Assembly: GCA_002788675.1 (NCBI GenBank)
Contig: PFRS01000007.1
Location: 270 to 64,269 of the forward strand
Reading direction: 5' to 3'
Length of the DNA: 64,000 bases
Source of the DNA: Candidatus Pacebacteria bacterium CG_4_9_14_0_2_um_filter_40_15
Lineage (GTDB): Bacteria; Patescibacteriota; Microgenomatia; UBA1400; PJMF01
Shown here: one piece after another, positions 58,315 through 64,000 of the stretch
Numbering within the stretch: position 1 is the stretch's first letter
Layout: every line of letters begins with the position of its first letter
Program-made: the position numbers and the translations under genes
Notes under the pieces: model-generated
Told to the model about the DNA's origin: nothing
Seen by the model: the letters and a program-made list of their open reading frames with translations, nothing else
The model's database searches: none

Positions 58315-58824
58315 GTGTTAAAAATGTCTGAAAAAATTGAGAGATCAGTTGCACGAGTCGTATTGCGAGTGCCTGTAGTACATCCAAAAAATAATCAAAA
58401 AGTTGGAAATGAAGTTGCGCTAACTATGCGACCAGGCTGGTCTAACTTGGGTAGATATGCTTATACACTTCCTGGTGGAAAAATTGAAACTGCTGATTTT
58501 GCAGCTGGAATTGCTGAAAATATAACTCCTGATCAGATGCAGAGTGCTGGAATTCGGGCAGCTGTTCGAGAATTGTCAGAGGAATTGGGTATAACTCTTT
58601 CACACCAATTACTACAATTTGTGCTCTGTGCAACCAATGAATCTAATTGGACAACCTATGTATATGCGGCTGATTTAGAGAGCAAGCCTCAGCTGCTTGT
58701 ATTGCCAGAGAGCGCTGGAACACTCTGGTTGCCTGAATCAGAGTTGCTGAGTGGAACAATCCCATTGTTTGCTGATCATGGTGCATTTGTTGTGGCTGCA
58801 TTGCAGTTACTTTCAAATACCTAA
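58315..58824 (+). CDS. Nudix hydrolase
   Basis: Nudix box GGKIETADF...AAVRELSEELGI; the start may be the internal ATG at 58324 (MSEKIER). Confidence 0.7.
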   Translation: MLKMSEKIERSVARVVLRVPVVHPKNNQKVGNEVALTMRPGWSNLGRYAYTLPGGKIETADFAAGIAENITPDQMQSAGIRAAVRELSEELGITLSHQLLQFVLCATNESNWTTYVYAADLESKPQLLVLPESAGTLWLPESELLSGTIPLFADHGAFVVAALQLLSNT

Positions 58825-58886
58825 TTTTGTTTTTTCTCAGTGACCCAGTATAATGCTCTACTAGATACGTCTACCAAAAGGAATGC

Positions 58887-59390
58887 ATGCCTGTTCTCAC
58901 CCACGATGAGATTAAAAAGGAAATTGAAAAAGGAACTCTAACGTTCTCTCCTCCAATTTCAGATGATCAAATAAGTGTGGCCTCTGTAGATTTACATTTG
59001 GCTCCAGAATTCAGAGTGTTTGAAAAGGGTACTCGTCAGTTAGATCTTGTTGAAGAAACAAACTACATGGATTGTACGCGTGAAGTTCTAAGTGACAGTT
59101 TATTTGTTAAGCCAGGTGAAACGGTGCTTGGAGTGACGACAGAAATAATAGGTATTCCAAGTACTATGTGTGGTTGGCTTGAAGGCCGTAGTCGCTTTGC
59201 GCGTCTTGGATTGCTGATACACATTTCAGCTGGATTCATTCAACCTGGTGTGGCAAATAGACAAGTTCTTGAAATTACCAATTTAAGCCCAAATACTCTT
59301 GTATTACATGCAGGTGAGCGTTTGTGTCAGATAATATTCCAACGATGTGAGGGTGAAGCAACCTATTCAGGAAGATTCGTGTCACAGTAA
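58887..59390 (+). CDS. dcd: dCTP deaminase/dUTPase-superfamily protein
   Basis: N-terminus MPVLTHDEIKKEI and jelly-roll core motifs typical of the Dcd/Dut family; 167 aa. Confidence 0.75.
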   Translation: MPVLTHDEIKKEIEKGTLTFSPPISDDQISVASVDLHLAPEFRVFEKGTRQLDLVEETNYMDCTREVLSDSLFVKPGETVLGVTTEIIGIPSTMCGWLEGRSRFARLGLLIHISAGFIQPGVANRQVLEITNLSPNTLVLHAGERLCQIIFQRCEGEATYSGRFVSQ

Positions 59391-59617
59391 TTACTGATTT
59401 GGACACATTCTTTCACAATCGAACTGTGGTTTTATAAAATAAAACTCAGTACTACAACTGCACGAACTAAAATAGTTTCCAGGCTGAAAAATCTCAATAT
59501 ATGCAGCTAAGAGTCCAATAACGATCACAATCAGAGCCAGAGTGGTGTTGGGAATGGTCTTCATACTGATAGTGTATCAACCAAACAGATTTCACACAAT
59601 TCTGATACAATACCTCA

Positions 59618-60097
59618 GTGCAAATACCTAAAAAAACCATTCCTTTTACTAAAGAAAAATATGAACAGATGCAACAAAAAGTTGCAGATCTTTTGGCTCT
59701 TCGAGTTGAAGTCATGGAAAGATTGGTCACTGCCCGAGAGATGGGGGACCTTTCAGAAAATGGTGCATATAAATATGCTAAGTTTGAGTTAGGAAATATT
59801 GGTAGAGAACTTAAAAAATATCAAGGTTTGCTTGATAGAGGGTATACTCAAGAGCGGTCCGCTGCTTCACGTCAGGTGATTGATTTTGGAAGTGTGGTTA
59901 CCGTACAGCACTCTGATAACCCAGAGAAAAATAAAACATTCACTATTGTAAGCAAACATGAATCAAACCCTGTTGCCGGGTTATTGGCCTTTTCTAGTCC
60001 TATTGGTAGAGCTGTGATGAAGAAAAAAATTGGTGATAGTGTTGATGTTTTAACTCCTCGTGGTACAGTCTCATACCTTATAACTGAGATTAATTGA
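59618..60097 (+). CDS. GreA/GreB-family transcript cleavage factor (second paralog)
   Basis: Coiled-coil with acidic tip GDLSENGAY plus C-terminal FKBP-like domain. Confidence 0.75.
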   Translation: MQIPKKTIPFTKEKYEQMQQKVADLLALRVEVMERLVTAREMGDLSENGAYKYAKFELGNIGRELKKYQGLLDRGYTQERSAASRQVIDFGSVVTVQHSDNPEKNKTFTIVSKHESNPVAGLLAFSSPIGRAVMKKKIGDSVDVLTPRGTVSYLITEIN

Positions 60098-60112
60098 CAT
60101 ACTCAATGTTAA

Positions 60113-61645
60113 TTGCATCTTGTGTGCTTTTATTGTTACTATAGGTACATGGATATAACAAAACTCCCCTTTTCTTCCTTTCGCGAAAATACTGTGTGGG
60201 AAACATTTATTACAGAGAAATTGCGTCCACTTGAAAATGACCTGACTAACTATTTAAGATATTGGTACATAGAAAGTCAGGAAAATAATCGTGCTTACCC
60301 AAGTCAGGGTCTGTTAAAAACACCCTTTGATGAATTTGAGTATAAGCAAAGAGGTATGATTCCTGTCAAAGAGATTCTTCATATTTTACGTGTGAGGCAG
60401 TATTTTTTGGAAATTTTTAATCATCCTGAACGTATTGCTGCACTTAAAAAAATGCAACGCAAGCCATTTATTGCCCCTTCTGCTATTGCTTCAACGGTTA
60501 TGGAACAAACAATTGCAGACGGATTGGCACTTTCAATTTCTGATTTAGGCATACGGGTAGTTGGATCTCAGCGGGAACGAGTGTCTCGCAAGCAGCGACT
60601 TACGCATGGTCCATTTGTTAAGTTGGGAAAATATGCTCGATCGATGCTGGTTGGTTCAGCAATGCCTGACGTTTGGGGTAGTGTCTATGCAATTTCAACT
60701 ATGGCTCAGTGTTTGTCTTTAGTTGGTGTTCCACGGAATGGTCCATTTAATAAAATTAGTCGTCAAGCTGCACTGGCTCAGGAGGTTTTTAAGGCACTTG
60801 AAGAAAGCGAAGTGCTTATTGGAAGGAGTCACTATCAGAAACAATTTCTACTTGAACAGTGGAAACATAACGTTATGGGAGTCATAGATGCTGATCCCAA
60901 GAAGGCACTAGAACGTGCAAAGGCTTTATATGCAGTTGGAGTAAGAACCTTTAGAGTGTATTCACCTGAACCAGGTAAGGGTCCAGTGCGTACAGTCAAG
61001 ATGTTGCGAAAGCACTTTGGAGACGAAATTGAAGTGTTTGCTGGCCAAGTAGTTGATGTTTTACAAGCACAGCAACTCGAGGCAGCAGGAACAGATGGTC
61101 TCTATATTGGAATTGGTGGAGGTGGTCGGTGTATTACTGGCGTTCGGAGTGGTTCGGTGATAGATTGGCCAGTTCTTTTATGGGAATTGCGTGGTACGAT
61201 AACGATTCCTGTTATTGTTGAAGGTGGAGCAAGTGATCATATTGCGACCACTTTGGCTCTTGGGGCTTCAGGCATTGGTGTATCTCGAGTTGTAGCTGGG
61301 GGTACAATTGAGTCCCCTGGCGGTATGCTCTACTATATAGATAAGAATGGCAGCTACTTTAAGCCTTATGGTGGCGAAGCTTCAGCAAGGACAAAATACC
61401 TTGATAATAAAATGCTCCCTTTTGATTTACCATCTTTTGTTGAAGGTGAAACACGACGAGCATATATGAATCATGTACCGTATGGCGTACCTACAATTCC
61501 ATTCCATGTGCACAGCTTAACCGAAGATATAATTTTGTCGTTAGTGTTTAGAAGTGCCGAAGATATTACTCAGTTTCAGGCATTCGATCCGTCACCTATT
61601 CGCAGAAATACCTCTCAGGGATCTTGGCAGCAGAATACTCATTAA
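60113..61645 (+). CDS. IMPDH/GMP-reductase-family TIM-barrel protein with an atypical ~250-aa N-terminal region (no CBS pair)
   Basis: C-terminal half has the catalytic-loop-like GIGGGGRCITG and the flap/phosphate-binding region VEGGASDH...GASGIGVSRVVAGG..ESPG; the N-terminal half is unassigned. Confidence 0.55.
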   Translation: MHLVCFYCYYRYMDITKLPFSSFRENTVWETFITEKLRPLENDLTNYLRYWYIESQENNRAYPSQGLLKTPFDEFEYKQRGMIPVKEILHILRVRQYFLEIFNHPERIAALKKMQRKPFIAPSAIASTVMEQTIADGLALSISDLGIRVVGSQRERVSRKQRLTHGPFVKLGKYARSMLVGSAMPDVWGSVYAISTMAQCLSLVGVPRNGPFNKISRQAALAQEVFKALEESEVLIGRSHYQKQFLLEQWKHNVMGVIDADPKKALERAKALYAVGVRTFRVYSPEPGKGPVRTVKMLRKHFGDEIEVFAGQVVDVLQAQQLEAAGTDGLYIGIGGGGRCITGVRSGSVIDWPVLLWELRGTITIPVIVEGGASDHIATTLALGASGIGVSRVVAGGTIESPGGMLYYIDKNGSYFKPYGGEASARTKYLDNKMLPFDLPSFVEGETRRAYMNHVPYGVPTIPFHVHSLTEDIILSLVFRSAEDITQFQAFDPSPIRRNTSQGSWQQNTH

Positions 61646-61677
61646 TCTGTGTCTTAATGGGACTGAGTCTCAAGGAA

Positions 61678-62613
61678 TTACTGCAAGCCTTCAAATACTA
61701 TTTTTGAAAGTTCTTGAATAGTTTTTTGTTGCTCGCTAATATTGGTACCTTTAGTCATAATGCACAACACATACGGTCTATTGGGGTTATAGATAATGCC
61801 GCAGTCGTGCAGTTGTTTAAGTTCTTGGCTATGAGAAATGCCATATTTATGAGCAACTATAATGTCGCTGGGTACGCCTGCCTTAAGTCCGTCATCAAAA
61901 TCTGAGGTAGTTAATAATTGCAAGATTTTTTCTGAGTTTCCCCAAGAAAGATATGAGGCATTAAAGAGCACTCGGAATAATGATGCGTATGACCTAACAG
62001 AAACAAAATTTTGAGGGGTGGTTGCTGATGGAAACGGAATTCCCAAATCATCATGTGTTTTTTTTATTTCTGAGTCTGAAAGTGAGTTTGTGAGCATGTT
62101 GAAAGCTTGATTATCCGAAAGTACTAGTGCTCTCTCAATAAGGGACTGCACGGAATAGCTTTTGCCTAGTTCTAATGAGGGTTGATCAGCTCTATTTGAG
62201 GGAATTTCTTCTGAGTATGTGAGCTCGCTGGATAATAAGTTCGGATCAAGATCTGCTTTTTTATAGTAGCTCATTGCAATGGGAAGTTTTAATAAACTTT
62301 GAGGTGAAAAAGTTGTTTCTTCGTTGATACCAAACCATGGCCCATTATTCAAATCACGATAGTACACACTTACTTCTTCAGTATGACGACTCTTAATGGT
62401 ATCCTCAAGTTTATTTTTAACTGATTGCAAATGTATGTCAATTTTTAATTCAGATTCTGCACATTCTAAGAGTGGATTGATGAGTTTGTAGCCAGTTTCT
62501 CTTTTTTCAGTGATGGTAGTGCTAGAAGTACCCTTTTTAAGATACGGTGAAATGGCAATTCCTACAATAAAAAATAGTACAGAAGATAGAATGAGTAGGG
62601 ATATATATTTCAT
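61678..62613 (-). CDS. membrane-anchored serine hydrolase, class A beta-lactamase/PBP-like
   Basis: S-x-x-K (SLLK), SDN and a K(T/Y)G-like motif in canonical order. Start taken at MKYISLL (62613), not the ORF-track 62745. Confidence 0.5.
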   Translation of the reverse strand: MKYISLLILSSVLFFIVGIAISPYLKKGTSSTTITEKRETGYKLINPLLECAESELKIDIHLQSVKNKLEDTIKSRHTEEVSVYYRDLNNGPWFGINEETTFSPQSLLKLPIAMSYYKKADLDPNLLSSELTYSEEIPSNRADQPSLELGKSYSVQSLIERALVLSDNQAFNMLTNSLSDSEIKKTHDDLGIPFPSATTPQNFVSVRSYASLFRVLFNASYLSWGNSEKILQLLTTSDFDDGLKAGVPSDIIVAHKYGISHSQELKQLHDCGIIYNPNRPYVLCIMTKGTNISEQQKTIQELSKIVFEGLQ

Positions 62614-62801
62614 ATAGGAAGTAAGTATTTTAAATTGTATGGATAGTACTCGATATAGTATGAGGCTAGTTTGTACGTATGCAAGATTGAAATCAATGCA
62701 TTTTGTATTATTCTCGAGCTGATTTGGGAGCGTAATTAGTTCCAAAAAATCAGGGAAGCATTTTGCTTCCCTGATTGATTTGAGTATTTGCTTTCTTAGA
62801 T

Positions 62802-63584
62802 CTATTTATCAAGATGTTTTGTGTACTTTACACACTGTCCCTGATTTTTGAACTGCATAGAACCATAATTTTCCCATGCATAGTTTTTGCACTGGTCAGT
62901 TTCAATTGGGGATACGTTTTCGACAAGTATATCGATACTACTTGTTGCTGTATTTCCTGCACTATCAACAACATGTGTAGTAACAGTATATGTTCCTTCT
63001 GCAAGTTGACGAGTGTCTAATGTATATAGAATTTCATCTGAAATTGGGATATCACTATACACTTGTGCAGTTGTATCAATAACGACATTTGCTTGATTTG
63101 TGACATCAACCCAGTATTTTTGAAGATTTGCATCGTTCAGTGTGACTTTAAAGTCAATGAGACCTTCCGTTGAGCCAACTAAATTAGTCATTTGAACTGA
63201 AGGAGTTGTGTTGTCTGTGGTAAAGCTATTGAGAGTGCTCCAGATGTAGTCTTCGTTTACTGTATCTATTGCTTCTACTCGCCACCAGAAAGTACCTTCT
63301 TGGCCAAAACCATTTAATGCAACTTCAGAGTTTGGCGTGAAATATGAATATACAGGTTGTGAGGAGAGATCTGCAGAACTATACACTTCGACAATATAGA
63401 ATTCGCTTCCTGAGACATCATCCCAATCTAGAATCGTTGAACCTGAATTTATAATTGAGCCATTTTCTGGTGAAGTAAGTATTGGCTCTGATAAAGCAGC
63501 AAATGCAGGTGATACGCTTGTTGTTAGCAATATTCCCAGTGCAAGTGCTAAGGCCATTTGTATTTTTTTTAACTGTTTTTTCAT
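62802..63584 (-). CDS. secreted protein with Ig/FN3-like beta-rich repeats
   Basis: Signal peptide MKKQLKKIQMALALALGILLTTSVSPAFA; Thr/Val-rich beta strands. Confidence 0.5.
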   Translation of the reverse strand: MKKQLKKIQMALALALGILLTTSVSPAFAALSEPILTSPENGSIINSGSTILDWDDVSGSEFYIVEVYSSADLSSQPVYSYFTPNSEVALNGFGQEGTFWWRVEAIDTVNEDYIWSTLNSFTTDNTTPSVQMTNLVGSTEGLIDFKVTLNDANLQKYWVDVTNQANVVIDTTAQVYSDIPISDEILYTLDTRQLAEGTYTVTTHVVDSAGNTATSSIDILVENVSPIETDQCKNYAWENYGSMQFKNQGQCVKYTKHLDK

Positions 63585-63589
63585 ACTTT

Positions 63590-63934
63590 TTACTTTCGCT
63601 TTCTTTTCTTCTTCACTGGTTTAGGAGTATGCAGTTTGATAAGACCCAAACTTGCAAATAGTGCATAGAATTTACAGCCAAGACAATAATTTAGGAATGA
63701 TGCTGAAAAGGTAGCACCTACCAAAAATCCGACTGTGAGGATGAGTGGGATTTGAAATCCTAGATAGTAAAAAGCATACACGAGAATGGTCATAAAGAGG
63801 CCAATTTTGGCTGCAAAAAGTTTTGGCGCTCTGTCAATCATGTATGGTTTTATACCAGCTACTCTTATTATTATTTGATTCAATCTATACACAGGGCTGA
63901 GTTCAATGGCGTAAGCTCTAAGAAAAAAAGACAC
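63590..63934 (-). CDS. small membrane protein with a polybasic C-terminus (KKKRKRK)
   Basis: Hydrophobic ORF immediately upstream of the secreted protein, same strand. Confidence 0.4.
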   Translation of the reverse strand: MSFFLRAYAIELSPVYRLNQIIIRVAGIKPYMIDRAPKLFAAKIGLFMTILVYAFYYLGFQIPLILTVGFLVGATFSASFLNYCLGCKFYALFASLGLIKLHTPKPVKKKRKRK

Positions 63935-64000
63935 AATTAAGAAAAGCCATATGGCTGGATATAACCAACCAGCGATAACTAAGAATAAAGAAGCAAGACA

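Overview
This is a low-GC, gene-dense bacterial segment. Its small proteins, tRNA genes that do not encode the 3' CCA, split transketolase, T-box leaders and many orphan ORFs fit a Patescibacteria/CPR-like genome, possibly Saccharibacteria-like; that taxonomic guess is low confidence. Most of the window is core housekeeping on both strands. The housekeeping genes are rluB-family pseudouridine synthase, epmA-efp, pyk, rpsU, HinT, proS, prs, secA, serS, lysS, greA, a complete F1Fo ATP synthase operon (atpBEFHAGDC on the minus strand), mutM, split tkt, truB, malic enzyme, dcd, a Nudix protein, an RRM RNA-binding protein, and an alpha-glucan cluster (GT4/GH57/GH15/sugar kinase). Six tRNA genes were found by hand-folding: Pro-TGG, Leu-TAA, Gly-TCC, His-GTG, Arg-TCT and Lys-TTT. 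No rRNA and no CRISPR array were seen. The most unusual structure is at 2.1-7.2 kb. A 1377-aa orphan ORF sits between tRNA-Pro/tRNA-Leu and tRNA-Gly. Immediately downstream of tRNA-Pro and of tRNA-Gly lie two related ~140-bp mini-elements. Each ends in the same 14-nt motif (GTGAGCGAAGCGAG) fused to a displaced copy of the tRNA 3' end, which begins at the same T-loop position in both. This is the signature of tRNA-targeting integrative elements, here reduced to miniature, possibly trans-mobilised, forms. Other points of interest are T-box leaders on proS and serS, a LysRS with a C-terminal HD-domain fusion, an ATP synthase delta subunit reduced to its C-terminal domain, an acidic insertion in subunit a, two GC-rich palindromes that share a core, and a structured leader upstream of the RRM protein gene.
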